Below, piece by piece: positions 8,150-17,797 of a stretch of DNA of 32,000 nt. Each line of letters begins with the position of its first letter. Positions within the stretch are counted from its first letter, which is position 1. Position numbers and translations under genes: made by a program. The DNA lies in assembly GCA_965219535.1 (NCBI GenBank), contig CBDCNV010000002.1, forward strand, positions 1,260,001 through 1,292,000, given 5' to 3'. Source of the stretch: Opitutales bacterium (GTDB lineage: Bacteria > Verrucomicrobiota > Verrucomicrobiia > Opitutales > PNEW01). The notes beneath the pieces are model-generated. The model was given only the letters and a program-made list of their open reading frames with translations, was not told where the DNA came from and did not search any database.

Positions 8150-8276
8150 AGTCTACTCCTCTACAGTAATATCAAACAATGTAAAATGTTCCTTAATCAT
8201 CGTGTTAATTATTATTAAATGATCTTAGAGGATTTCGAGACGAATCGCATCTGCGATATTAGTTCGCATTATTTTT

Positions 8277-9392
8277 TCAATCAACGCATCTGGAAGCGAT
8301 CATTTTCTCATTGAGTTTAAAACCCAGCCCCGGTCCATCGGGTAAAATCAGGTGACCGTTCTCAATTTTCGTCGGGGGATCGAGCAGCTCGTGCTCCCAC
8401 TCATTCTTCGGTGCGCCGCCGGCATACTCCTGATAGAGGAGATTCGGAGTACGGGCACAAACATGGGTCGCCGCCCGTGTGACGATCGGGCCGCACCAAT
8501 TATGCACGGCGATCTTAACATCAAAGAGCTCGGCAAGATCTCCAGTTTTGGAACTCTCGAGAATACCACCATTGCTTCCCACCTCGGGCTGGAACACCTT
8601 AATTACACCGCTATCGAGAAGTGCCTTAGCATCCCTGCGCGTGGTTGTAAGTTCTCCTGTTGCGAGGGGAATAGAAGTTGCATCAGCAACTTTTCTCAGC
8701 ATTACAGGATCATCTTTGGTAGGCGCTTCGAAGAACAGTATGTTAAGCGGCTCAAGTTCCCTCGCAGCCATGATTGCGCCATCGACACTGAATCGGTTAT
8801 GGGCATCGATAGCCAGCTGGTAATCTTTACCCACCGCTTCCCGGATCTGCTGAACCTTATCGATCTGTTTGCCGAGTTCTTTCACATCGGGCGTTCCCTC
8901 TCCCTCAAAGGGGTCCCATTTGAACAGTGTAAATCCGGCTTCCTTTGCTTTCAATATCCGTTCGACTTGCTCCTCCCAGCTTTCAGCTCCATCGAAAATG
9001 CCATGATCTGCATAGAGAGGAATCTCCTTGTGTACGGATCCCCCCAGCAGGGTGTAGATGGGGAGACCAGCCATCTTGCCGACGATGTCCCATAACGCAA
9101 TTTCAATAGCCGAAATCGCGGCACACCAGTTGCGGTCGGTCGCTTGAGCAAAGAGAAAGCGCTTGAGAAAGGATTCGATCGCCATCGGATTGGCGCCCGT
9201 TATCTTTTGAGCGATCGTCTCGATATGTGACCGGATGGTCGATGCATGACCTCTCCAGGTAAAACCTTCACCGAGTCCCTCAATCCCTTGATCAGTCAGG
9301 ACGCGAACAATAACCCATTCTTCATACCCTCTTGTTGCTTTTATCGAAACCGGAGTTACGAGTTCGATCTTGATTGGATGATGAGCTTTCAA
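8277..9392 (-). CDS. enolase-superfamily enzyme (mandelate racemase/muconate lactonizing, sugar-acid dehydratase-like)
   Basis: 371 aa. It has an N-terminal capping domain (VIVRVLTDQGIEGLGEG) and barrel metal-ligand context (AIDAHNRF, FFEAP, ATGE). The start is TTG just after AAGGAGGG. Confidence 0.85.
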   Translation of the reverse strand: MKAHHPIKIELVTPVSIKATRGYEEWVIVRVLTDQGIEGLGEGFTWRGHASTIRSHIETIAQKITGANPMAIESFLKRFLFAQATDRNWCAAISAIEIALWDIVGKMAGLPIYTLLGGSVHKEIPLYADHGIFDGAESWEEQVERILKAKEAGFTLFKWDPFEGEGTPDVKELGKQIDKVQQIREAVGKDYQLAIDAHNRFSVDGAIMAARELEPLNILFFEAPTKDDPVMLRKVADATSIPLATGELTTTRRDAKALLDSGVIKVFQPEVGSNGGILESSKTGDLAELFDVKIAVHNWCGPIVTRAATHVCARTPNLLYQEYAGGAPKNEWEHELLDPPTKIENGHLILPDGPGLGFKLNEKMIASRCVD

Positions 9393-9458
9393 TTCCCTCC
9401 TTCGTTTAGAACCATCCGGTTAACGCGGCAGATTCCACATTACCGCTTAATCGTTCTT

Positions 9459-9482
9459 CCTTTCGACCTTCGACCTTTGACT
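9459..9482 (+). repeat. TTCGAC/TTTGAC array
   Basis: cctttcgaccttcgacctttgac, between the start at 9392 and the stop at 9489 of two minus-strand genes. Confidence 0.9.
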
Positions 9483-9488
9483 CACCTC

Positions 9489-9809
9489 TCAGGAAATTGG
9501 AATATTGTTCGTCTCACCGTCGTAACCTTCGACGAGGATGGATGAAATAACCGTCGATGCGCTTTTGCGTATCTCAGCTACCGGTTGATACTCAGGCGCA
9601 GCACCAAACTTTTCCATCTGCTCTTTGGATGGAAAATCGATTACGACCAGTCTGTTGGGTTTCCAATCTCCGACTCGGACGGTGATTTCACCCCCGCGAA
9701 TGTGGTAGTGCCCACCATAACTTTCGACGATCGGGCGCGCTTTCTCAACGTATTCCTGGTACTTGTCCCAGTCGTGAACTTTGATATCACTGATAAGGTA
9801 GACTGACAT
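9489..9809 (-). CDS. DUF1330 domain protein
   Basis: 106 aa. MSVYLISDIKVHDWDKYQEY...VVIDFPSKEQ is characteristic of DUF1330. GAGGAG precedes the ATG. Confidence 0.8.
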   Translation of the reverse strand: MSVYLISDIKVHDWDKYQEYVEKARPIVESYGGHYHIRGGEITVRVGDWKPNRLVVIDFPSKEQMEKFGAAPEYQPVAEIRKSASTVISSILVEGYDGETNNIPIS

Positions 9810-9921
9810 TTTTTCTCCTCGTTAATTATTTATAATCTAATGAATTGAAGCTTTAACCCAAAAGCTAAGTTTGCCGAACGTGTGGCGATGACAATCTAAA
9901 AAAGTGAGTGTCCAGACCGCC

Positions 9922-10797
9922 TTAATTAAAGGCGAGCACCGTATTTAATTCTTTCGAAAGATACGGTGATATTTTTCCCACTTCACTCACTGCATTCAGT
10001 AAAGGAAATGTCTCTCCTCCCCAGTCTCCGTTGCTATCATACACTTGTCTTCCGATGACAACCGCTGAGTCCTCGATGTAGCTTTTAAGTTGTTCAAGAC
10101 CTTCCTCTATCACCTCTGCGGGCAGGGGTTTTTCTCTTCGCTTTGACCACTCTACCAGATACAACAGACCCCGCAAAATATCGTATTCGAAAAAACGCGG
10201 GAATAAGGGTTTCAGCCATTCTTTATTTATTACACTGCCCTCCTTTTTCGAGCGGACGAGGCGGTGTTCTATCAAGTAGCGTGCGCCTTCATCGAGGAAT
10301 TTTTCCTCATCTGGAGTAAGGGCACGTTTTGTGCAGAACAGAATAGCTTCTAGGGGTGGTAAGGTGGATACAATCGAGCTCTTTTGCGAATTGTTGTAAG
10401 CCGAAGGCGTACAATTTAAACCGCCATCCGGTAACTGATGTTTAAGAAACCATTCCCGCATCCAGGGTAGCTCGTCATCCACATCACAGCCACAAGCCGA
10501 TAGAATCTGGTAAAAAACACCCAACTCACAATGGCAACAATCCATTTTTGTTTTGTCTGAATCGCTCTTTGGAGCATCCTCCCCGGTGATCACAAACTTT
10601 GGCCAAGCTCCCTGCTTAAGCAACTCTAAGGCTCGCGTAGCAGTAGATTTAGGAATCTGATTTGCTTCACCCATCTCGAAAAGAGTAGCCAAGTGCCACC
10701 ACGGACCGCTCCACTTCTTTCTCGTCCTCTTGTCAGGTAATGAAAACGTATCAGTTGACGTGAGGACTTCCATTGTTTGTTCGATTGCGTTTGTCAT
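9922..10797 (-). CDS. hypothetical protein (possible alpha/alpha-toroid, prenyltransferase/terpene-cyclase-like repeat)
   Basis: 291-aa ORF with an ATG start. A QLPDGGLN segment resembles the Q-x-x-DGG repeat motif. Nothing else is diagnostic. Confidence 0.55.
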   Translation of the reverse strand: MTNAIEQTMEVLTSTDTFSLPDKRTRKKWSGPWWHLATLFEMGEANQIPKSTATRALELLKQGAWPKFVITGEDAPKSDSDKTKMDCCHCELGVFYQILSACGCDVDDELPWMREWFLKHQLPDGGLNCTPSAYNNSQKSSIVSTLPPLEAILFCTKRALTPDEEKFLDEGARYLIEHRLVRSKKEGSVINKEWLKPLFPRFFEYDILRGLLYLVEWSKRREKPLPAEVIEEGLEQLKSYIEDSAVVIGRQVYDSNGDWGGETFPLLNAVSEVGKISPYLSKELNTVLAFN

Positions 10798-10841
10798 TCC
10801 TTGAAATTAGCACCTGTTTCTGACGTGTCCATCAGATTACA

Positions 10842-11576
10842 TTACTGGGGCTCATATTGAAGTTCCGTCTCTACGAGAATGGGCTTAAGCGCGTTTTGCC
10901 ATAGGGTGTAGCCCGCTCGGGTCATATGTAAGTCATCCTCCTGAAAGATTTCCTCCCTTGGATTTCCTCTTTCATCCAGCATGGCGGACGCTACGTCCAC
11001 ATAGGTGAGCCGATTGTCCTTTGAACAGGTCGCGGCGATGAGACGGTTAGCCTTCTTCATTTTCGGCCAAAGATGCCAGCGTTTAATACTGGGTTTGATA
11101 GACAGGAAATAGATGCGGCATTCAGGAAGTTCCCCCTGTATCTTATCAACGAATAGGCGAAAGGTGTCGGCAATTGTTTTCGGTTTAATTCCCTGGGCAA
11201 TGTCATTGTCACCTTCGTAAAGAACGATCGCCCGCGGTCGGTAGGGAAGCACGATTCTGTCGGCATAGTGAAGCGCATCGTTCATGTTGCTCCCGCCGAA
11301 CCCTCGAGGGATGACAGTCAGTGGTGCGAGATCTTTTTCGATCGTAGAGTGCCAACCCCGTATGCTTGAACTACCGATACATACAATAGCACCCATTGGC
11401 GGAGGCTGTTCATCGTCTGTGGCTTCGAAACGTTGTATGCTTTCTTCAAAACGAGCGGGGTCATTAGAGTACGCTTTTTTTGTCGCTGCTTCAGTACTCT
11501 GTACAAAACAGGTTATAGTTATTAAGCCAAAGATGAAATTGGAGTAAGTCGTTACTCCTGTTTTACCCCTCCACAC
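10842..11576 (-). CDS. secreted SGNH/GDSL esterase (acetylesterase-like)
   Basis: Hydrophobic N-terminal signal. All four SGNH blocks are present: CIGSSS, GFGGSN, YEGDNDI and DDLHMT (DxxH). The start is GTG at 11576, and there is no in-frame ATG in the signal region. Confidence 0.75.
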   Translation of the reverse strand: MWRGKTGVTTYSNFIFGLITITCFVQSTEAATKKAYSNDPARFEESIQRFEATDDEQPPPMGAIVCIGSSSIRGWHSTIEKDLAPLTVIPRGFGGSNMNDALHYADRIVLPYRPRAIVLYEGDNDIAQGIKPKTIADTFRLFVDKIQGELPECRIYFLSIKPSIKRWHLWPKMKKANRLIAATCSKDNRLTYVDVASAMLDERGNPREEIFQEDDLHMTRAGYTLWQNALKPILVETELQYEPQ

Positions 11577-11589
11577 ACGACGTTCCTCT

Positions 11590-11620
11590 TTTTGACCTTT
11601 TGACGTTTTGACATTTTAAC
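11590..11620 (+). repeat. TTTTGAC octamer array (x3-4)
   Basis: tttttgaccttttgacgttttgacattttaac. It is antisense relative to both flanking minus-strand genes. Confidence 0.95.
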
Positions 11621-11625
11621 TACAA

Positions 11626-13596
11626 TCAAACTGACAGATTGAATCTTGATTCCGTCTCTTCATCGATTCCGCCGCGGACAATGGATTCCCAACAGTGTAT
11701 GGGTAATTCACCAAGTATTGATGGAAGTTCAGCTTGCAAGTCTTTGACCAGTGGCAACGCTTCCCTGTCATTCGGATACAGGTTGGCAAGACGGTTCAAT
11801 GCATCCAATGCGAATCCGACACTGATGATATTATCGTCGTCGCGTATTACATCTTTTAAAGCGATTACCAGGGGATCCAACGCTGGGCCAATGATCTCGC
11901 AACCATGGGAACAGAGAATGACGACGGACCAGAGCACATTCTCACGCACCGCAGAACGGACTGGCTTAAATCGCTCGAGACCAAGGTCTCTAGCACCACC
12001 TTCACATACATCGCAGTCATCGGTTGGGCGAGTGAACTTAATGGAGCGTCCTTGTGCATAATCCATGCATTGCCGATTTTCTTCGCGGGGTAGGCTCTGT
12101 ACGAGTGCGTCCAGGCACGAGGGAATGAGTGAAGTTCCGTTCCCGGTGGCAATCGCCCGCCGACCCAGACAACCCAGTGTACCGGCGGCGACGGAGCGGA
12201 CATAAACGGAGGGATCGGATTGCAGACGCTCCGCGACGGCTTGAAAAGTTTCTTCGTTAAGAGGACTCGCATCACCGAGACCATAGACACCCGCCTTGCG
12301 AACCCATTTGACAGGTGAGCTCGTCGCTTTGAGGAAGGTCTTCGTTGCGTCAGGCCCAACGGCAATCAAGCCATAGGTAGCGGCTCGACGCACACTCTCT
12401 CGTTCGTTATACAGTGCCTGGCCCAGTAGTCGTACCGCCAGCTCCGTATCGCCAATGGAGGCGAGTTTGTAGGCTGCTCCAATGCGGGCAGGTTCAGCTT
12501 CTTCGTTTTTGGAGTGCATCTGTTCGAAAAGACGGTCAGCTTCTTTTTCGCGTTCTTCAGATGAAATAGACAAAACTTCCGGTCGCGGTGGCGGTGTCCT
12601 ACTCGTTTTCATCCAGTGATTATGGTATCGCCAGACCACAGTGATGTCGTCGCTGGCCTCAGATAAATCGATGCTGGTAAGCGGATCCACACCGGGGCTG
12701 TGCCAATCGACTTCGGTGGGGGACGCATTACTGGAAGAGACGGAATCGGTGGTTCGATATAACCAGAAACGCCACATGAAGCGAGGGTTGTCCTGCCAGG
12801 TTCGCCAGTCATCGCGGCGGTGGTTACCTCGGTGAAATGTGTTGTGGGAATAGAGAATAACGCTGCCGGCTCGAAGGGGTGCGGCTTCGAAGGGCTGCAC
12901 AAGCGGCCAACCGGTGTTCTTTACGGCGTCTCGCATCCGAATATCGTGGGTTGTTCGACGGTGGATGATGTCTTCAATCTCGTATACGGAATCAGGACCG
13001 CTAACGTTTACGCTCTCCATGCCTAAGATCTGGTAGTTGAAATCTAAATGGTCGGCACCTGCAAAATTGTCATGATTTTCTTCATGATTAGAGGCCCAGT
13101 AGTGTGAGTAGGGGATGGTCGCGGTCGGTCCCATGTCTTCGCGAACCGGTTGCGGATAGTAAAGCATCTCGATTTGCACGGCCTGGTGGTGGCGCTGTTT
13201 CCTGCCGTTGTAGGGGCTGTTGTCATCTTTGTGCCAATGCTGATCTTTCTTCCCGCTGACGAAGGATGCATTGTGCGTGAACGGTACGATCGCCCAGTTT
13301 TCACCGATGAGCTGATTGCACGCGCTGATGAGCCCGGGTGCTTTCAGAACTTCAAGCACGTCCGGAACGCTTGCCGGGGAAACACGCGAAACCGTGGGGT
13401 GGGTTGCTATGGCAGAAACCTGTTCGTCGTATGCTTTTTTTTCTTTCGCATATACCCGATTGTGAACTTCGGTGGGGATACCGAGGCTTTCCGGAGCCAG
13501 CACGACAATCCCTCGGCTTACAAAGTCCTGAACCAGTCGATCCATCGTACTGTAGGGTATGGAGAAAGTGGAAATTTCTTTGTAGTTTGTGCTCAA
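11626..13596 (-). CDS. PhyH-like 2-oxoglutarate oxygenase domain fused to C-terminal HEAT (PBS-lyase type) repeats
   Basis: 656 aa. The N-terminal half has HWHKDD (H-x-D) and NTFHRGNH. The C-terminal ~300 aa has repeated VRRAATYGL / VRKAGVYGLG / VRSVAAGTLG HEAT-like units. The start is TTG 13596 (AGGGG upstream) or ATG 13545. Confidence 0.7.
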   Translation of the reverse strand: MSTNYKEISTFSIPYSTMDRLVQDFVSRGIVVLAPESLGIPTEVHNRVYAKEKKAYDEQVSAIATHPTVSRVSPASVPDVLEVLKAPGLISACNQLIGENWAIVPFTHNASFVSGKKDQHWHKDDNSPYNGRKQRHHQAVQIEMLYYPQPVREDMGPTATIPYSHYWASNHEENHDNFAGADHLDFNYQILGMESVNVSGPDSVYEIEDIIHRRTTHDIRMRDAVKNTGWPLVQPFEAAPLRAGSVILYSHNTFHRGNHRRDDWRTWQDNPRFMWRFWLYRTTDSVSSSNASPTEVDWHSPGVDPLTSIDLSEASDDITVVWRYHNHWMKTSRTPPPRPEVLSISSEEREKEADRLFEQMHSKNEEAEPARIGAAYKLASIGDTELAVRLLGQALYNERESVRRAATYGLIAVGPDATKTFLKATSSPVKWVRKAGVYGLGDASPLNEETFQAVAERLQSDPSVYVRSVAAGTLGCLGRRAIATGNGTSLIPSCLDALVQSLPREENRQCMDYAQGRSIKFTRPTDDCDVCEGGARDLGLERFKPVRSAVRENVLWSVVILCSHGCEIIGPALDPLVIALKDVIRDDDNIISVGFALDALNRLANLYPNDREALPLVKDLQAELPSILGELPIHCWESIVRGGIDEETESRFNLSV

Positions 13597-13669
13597 TCTA
13601 TTAGTCCCCTTAATTTATCTGTTTAACTGCCATCTCAAAGAAAAGCTTTTATATGAGGAGGTATAAACA

Positions 13670-14836
13670 CTAAGCAACAGATTTTGGAACAATATCTCCC
13701 ATCGCGGCGGCGAGGGGGTCGGTCGAAACTTTCTCACGGGGCGGTGGTAGAGGCGTGTCGTAGGCATAGTCGGGGTCTTCAAGTTGTTTCTTCCAGATTT
13801 CTCTTATCTCTTTCCATGACCCCACGAGGGATCGGGTTTTTGGCATATCTTCGGCGACGACTTTGTGTAGTTTCTTGAGATTATAACAGGGCACCGCTGC
13901 GTACATGTGGTGTTCTATATGCCAGTTCATACGCCAGTAGAGGAAACTGGAAAGGGGGTCGAGGGTGATCGTCCGCGTGCACTTTCTGAAATCATTAACA
14001 TTGCTTTGCAGGCCGATGTGCATCGGTGTTCCGACAAAATAATGGAGCGCATTACCGAAGAAAATATGTCCGGAAATCAGGACGGCCAGTATCGGCTGAC
14101 CCATTGCTATGCAGGTGCCTATTACCAACATGTGAAACGCCAAAACAAACCGCGCCCAATTGACGGCTTTCTTACGCGCTTCCGGTTGCTCTGCGAAAAG
14201 TTCAGCTCCCCAGTGAGTCATGGGATTGTCGAACTTGTTTGATGCGATCTCGATGCATTTACTGAACGTGGGTATAATCCCCCTCGACATAAAGCCGCCC
14301 GTAATATTGAGGGTAAACAACTGGAGGAGGTAAAGGAAGCGTAGCGTGGGTTGGTAGGGCAGCACGACCTCCCGATCCGCTTCTATATGTAGCGTGAATC
14401 GATGATGGTAGCTGTGGCTCATTTGGTAGAGATGGAAGTGCTTCCATGAGAGCAGGCAGAATACGCGGAGAAAGAATTCATTGAGCCACTTAGTCTTAAA
14501 TGAGTTGCCATGGCACAGCTCATGTTCAGCCGCGCCAAAAAAGACACCCACGGTCCCGTGTACAAACAGAGCGACAAAAAAGCCGATCCACAACAGCTGG
14601 GTGAAGAGAACGTAAGTAGCTGTGCCGGTGATCGCCCATAGTCCCAGGTGACCCAGGGCTTGAAAAAGGCCGTGAAAATCACTGCGCTTTGAGAGGGCGC
14701 GGAGCTGTTTGGGTTCGATGTAACAGCGGTACCATTTAGGTTTTAAGGTCCGACTGATTTGGGACAGCGGTACTTTATTGATCTTGTTAATATTGCTTTC
14801 TTTGATTTGCGTTAGATTTTCTGGGATCTGTTGCAT
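13670..14836 (-). CDS. membrane fatty-acid desaturase family protein
   Basis: 388 aa. It has the three histidine boxes HELCHG, HSYHH and HIEHH with hydrophobic spans. A strong AAGGAGG lies 5 nt before the ATG. Confidence 0.85.
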   Translation of the reverse strand: MQQIPENLTQIKESNINKINKVPLSQISRTLKPKWYRCYIEPKQLRALSKRSDFHGLFQALGHLGLWAITGTATYVLFTQLLWIGFFVALFVHGTVGVFFGAAEHELCHGNSFKTKWLNEFFLRVFCLLSWKHFHLYQMSHSYHHRFTLHIEADREVVLPYQPTLRFLYLLQLFTLNITGGFMSRGIIPTFSKCIEIASNKFDNPMTHWGAELFAEQPEARKKAVNWARFVLAFHMLVIGTCIAMGQPILAVLISGHIFFGNALHYFVGTPMHIGLQSNVNDFRKCTRTITLDPLSSFLYWRMNWHIEHHMYAAVPCYNLKKLHKVVAEDMPKTRSLVGSWKEIREIWKKQLEDPDYAYDTPLPPPREKVSTDPLAAAMGDIVPKSVA

Positions 14837-15049
14837 AGGTACCTCCTTTTTAGGTCAACGCCCTGGCCGTTATTTCAAAGATTGAATAGGTTTCAATAGG
14901 TGTTTCTCACCGGAGAATTCTAGGTAAATATTTTTAAGGATAAAGCCAATATTGAATCCTCAACTCAAGTATGCCAATTCTGAATTCCCTTTAAAAGTTA
15001 AACTTATGTAAGTTCTGTCGTTTCTCTTTTCGATTCACTAGTGACAGTG

Positions 15050-15430
15050 TTATTCGTCTTCCTGCCCCACCGATCCATCTTTTCTCATGTGAATGTATAC
15101 CATGTTACGATCGGGGTCGAGGATCTCAAGCATCCAGCAACCCGACAGCTCATAGGGTGGCTTAACTATATCTACCCCTTTTTCCTTCAATTCTTCATGT
15201 GCCGCTTGAATGTCATCAACCGCAAGAGCAATGCGGCCACCCAAGACAACTTCAGGAAGCACAGCTCCGCTAAAGAGCGTAAGTGTAATATTTCCACAAT
15301 CGTACTCTGCCCAATCCCAGTCTTCTTTATATTCTGTCTGGGGAAGTTCTAAGATATCGCGATAGAAAGCAGCAGCTTTTTTCAGGTCCGATACCAGATA
15401 GACGACGAAATCTGCTCCTTTTATTTTCAT
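15050..15430 (-). CDS. VOC / glyoxalase-bleomycin resistance family protein
   Basis: 126 aa. The N-terminus KGADFVVYLVSDLKKAAAFYRDILELP and the overall size are typical of single-module VOC proteins. Confidence 0.75.
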   Translation of the reverse strand: MKIKGADFVVYLVSDLKKAAAFYRDILELPQTEYKEDWDWAEYDCGNITLTLFSGAVLPEVVLGGRIALAVDDIQAAHEELKEKGVDIVKPPYELSGCWMLEILDPDRNMVYIHMRKDGSVGQEDE

Positions 15431-15481
15431 AATTATGCTTCTATGATTTTCAATGGATTAGAGTTAGGGTGAAGCACTTTA

Positions 15482-16492
15482 TTAGTCTACTTTTTTGATT
15501 TCCAAAGTTAATACTACATTACCCTTTTTGCATCCTGTTTCGACATACCTGTGAGCCTCAACAACCTGTTCCAATGGATAGCATCTATCAATTACCGATA
15601 TTAATTTTCCCTCTTCAATTAGTTCTCTGAGGAAATTTAATTCTTCAGACTTTTCACTGGCAAACTCAAATATTACTTTCTTGCCTGTCCCACCGAAGGC
15701 GGGGCTGCTGATCATTGACGTCCAAAGCCCGCGAAACATCTGTAAAAACCCGGCAGGGTTAGTTAAAAGATAGCGTCCGTTTTGCTTCAGTGATCTTAAA
15801 TTACCTGAAAACGAACTTTTGATTACCACGTTAAAAATTACATCATAGGTCTCACCGTTTTTAGTGAAGTCCTCTTGTGAGTAATCAATGACATGGGCTG
15901 CACCAATCGAGCGCAGCATGTCCAACTTCTCAGTGCTGTCTACGCCCGTCACTTCAGCACCATAATACTTGGCAAGCTGCACGGCAAAAGTACCAAAACT
16001 TCCACCCGCTCCATTGATGAGGACTTTTTCTCCGCTCTGGATATTCGCTTTTCTAAGATAATGTAATGCGTTAAGTCCACCCAGAGGAACGGCGGCGGCT
16101 TCCTCATAATTCATGTTGGCTGGTTTAATTGCCAGCGATCCCTCTTCAGGCAAGCAGATGTACTCTGCATAAGCACCAAAACGAGGCCCAGAGCCCGCCA
16201 TAACCTGATCACCTTTTTTAAATAGTTTTACGTTCTTGCCGACTGCTTCAATTTTTCCCGCCAGGTAAGCCCCGAGTATTTGTTTTCTTGGTTTTAAAAG
16301 CCCAAAAAATATTCGCACGAGGAACCAGATTGAATTTGGGATTTCGGATCTTCTCATTTCGCAATCCCCCATGTTTACCGTTACCGCATATATTCTTATC
16401 AGTACTTCATTATCTTTTGGATCAGGTTTTTCTACCTCTTTGAGCTGAAGAACATCCGGTGGTCCGTATTTTGTGTAAACAATTGCTTTCAT
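15482..16492 (-). CDS. NAD(P)-dependent MDR oxidoreductase (zinc-type alcohol dehydrogenase / quinone oxidoreductase-like)
   Basis: It has the [18 protein letters not shown]-terminus and the [15 protein letters not shown] Rossmann motif. The track begins at GTG 16516; I prefer ATG 16492. Confidence 0.85.
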   Translation of the reverse strand: MKAIVYTKYGPPDVLQLKEVEKPDPKDNEVLIRIYAVTVNMGDCEMRRSEIPNSIWFLVRIFFGLLKPRKQILGAYLAGKIEAVGKNVKLFKKGDQVMAGSGPRFGAYAEYICLPEEGSLAIKPANMNYEEAAAVPLGGLNALHYLRKANIQSGEKVLINGAGGSFGTFAVQLAKYYGAEVTGVDSTEKLDMLRSIGAAHVIDYSQEDFTKNGETYDVIFNVVIKSSFSGNLRSLKQNGRYLLTNPAGFLQMFRGLWTSMISSPAFGGTGKKVIFEFASEKSEELNFLRELIEEGKLISVIDRCYPLEQVVEAHRYVETGCKKGNVVLTLEIKKVD

Positions 16493-16601
16493 CCGGTCAT
16501 TTTCAGAGCTGTGCACAATAATGATTCCCGTAAGTTAGCTAAACTTAAGATTAGTTTACCCAGCAAGTCTTTTAACGAATGTCAGTTTTTCCCACAATAA
16601 A

Positions 16602-16829
16602 GGCAACACGCTAATATGTGTATACGCGATAATGCGTGTATGCGGTCATGCGGAGCATCTACTGGAGGGACAAGTGGTGCCTGTCGGCCATAGCCCAACG
16701 GGCGTCGGATGATCGTGTCTGTGAATATTCAACAAGAGTATTAAGTGTTAGGTGGAGCGGGCTGTCCCTAGCACGCTTCTTAATTAATCAATAATTATTA
16801 CAAAAGCGGTAGGGACACCGCGTTCCACC
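16602..16829 (+). repeat. composite direct repeat, left copy (ATGCG array + GGAGGGAC hairpin + GGTGGA hairpin)
   Basis: 16602-16727 matches 17571-17696 with 4 mismatches in 126 bp. 16728-16829 is a more diverged homologue of 17697-17797. It is followed by the terminus-like tcgcgatgacaaagg (16831-16845). Confidence 0.95.
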
Positions 16830-16989
16830 TTCGCGATGACAAAGGAAAAAGATTTTTGACCTTCTACCATTCTCATCGTACACACGCATGTTTGAGTATA
16901 CACATATTACTATCCTTTCAGCAGAACGACCTAATTCAGCCCCTGGCTAAGCGGTTGACTAGCTGCTGCGTGTCCTCCCCAATGACTGG

Positions 16990-17547
16990 TTAGAGTAAAT
17001 GGAATGATTCTTCTATCTTGTCACCTTTGAGGAATATTTCCTCAACGTCCTCCGGTATATTCGCGCGGCGAACTACTACAGGCCACAGCTCCAATGGAGG
17101 TTTGGTGGTCAGTATTGTGTCTAGCCGTACTATTTCGAGATCATTGCATATGTACGTTCCCATGTCGCACTGAGTGCCTCCGCAAGCTCGACGATAGTGA
17201 CACTCTCTGAACGAGCAAGTACGACCGAGATACTCCCCTTGCTCATTGCACAGGAATATGTCAGCTCCAGAGCTTTTACTTTGCGCACTACCCTTGAGTC
17301 TCCGGCCGAGCTTGGCCAGTGAAGCGATGTTGGCGATGGAAGTCACAGTCACCAACAGATCAGCATCTTTGGGCTTCCACTTTTTGGTGAGCAACGAACC
17401 GATCATCGCAATCCGGACAATCCCCTGCATTTGGCTTGCGTCGCAGACAAATTTGCGGACTCCCTTTAGTAGAAACGAACGAAGCGGTTCCTGGGAGGAC
17501 GTCTCCATACAGCCTAGCATTAGATTAGCCAACAAGCTTTTTAGCAA
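16990..17547 (-). CDS. orphan Pol-beta-type nucleotidyltransferase-like protein with Cys-rich C-terminal half
   Basis: 185-aa ORF. MIGSLLTKKWKPKDADLLV resembles the G-S...D-x-D minimal nucleotidyltransferase motif, followed by C-x5-C-x5-C-x4-C-x7-C. The start is uncertain (TTG 17547, ATG 17520 or ATG 17508). The ORF is bracketed by composite direct repeats. Confidence 0.45.
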   Translation of the reverse strand: MLKSLLANLMLGCMETSSQEPLRSFLLKGVRKFVCDASQMQGIVRIAMIGSLLTKKWKPKDADLLVTVTSIANIASLAKLGRRLKGSAQSKSSGADIFLCNEQGEYLGRTCSFRECHYRRACGGTQCDMGTYICNDLEIVRLDTILTTKPPLELWPVVVRRANIPEDVEEIFLKGDKIEESFHLL

Positions 17548-17570
17548 GTCTCAGTTATTACAGCGAGAAT

Positions 17571-17797
17571 GGCAACTCGCTAATATGCGTATACGCGATA
17601 ATGCGTGTATGCGGTCATGCGGAGCATCTAATGGAGGGACAAGTGGTGCCTGTCGGCCATAGCCCAACGGGCGTCGGATGATCGCGTCTGTGAATACGCA
17701 GTAGCGGATTTTTATTTTAGGTGGGGTGGGCTGTCTCAGCACGCTTAATAATTATTCAAATATTACTACAAACGCGCTAGAGACAGCACGTTCCACC
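17571..17797 (+). repeat. composite direct repeat, right copy
   Basis: See the left copy; the offset is 969 bp. Weaker similarity extends upstream to agcaagtct (17543 versus 16562), overlapping the 5' end of ORF 16990-17547. Confidence 0.95.

Noticed and set aside
16679-16696. 5S rRNA-like start, gcctgtcggccatagccc, which resembles the CCTGGCGGCCATAGC 5' end of bacterial 5S rRNA.
   Set aside because: The similarity ends after ~15 nt, and the downstream sequence lacks the 5S helix II-V elements. The motif recurs in both orientations as a repeat module (17650, 22209, 23580, 1197).
16602-17696. Diversity-generating retroelement TR/VR pair, considered for the two 126-bp near-identical repeats.
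   Set aside because: The four differences (A/T, T/C, C/A, T/C) are not adenine-specific. Neither copy lies in the 3' end of a target gene, and no reverse transcriptase is present.
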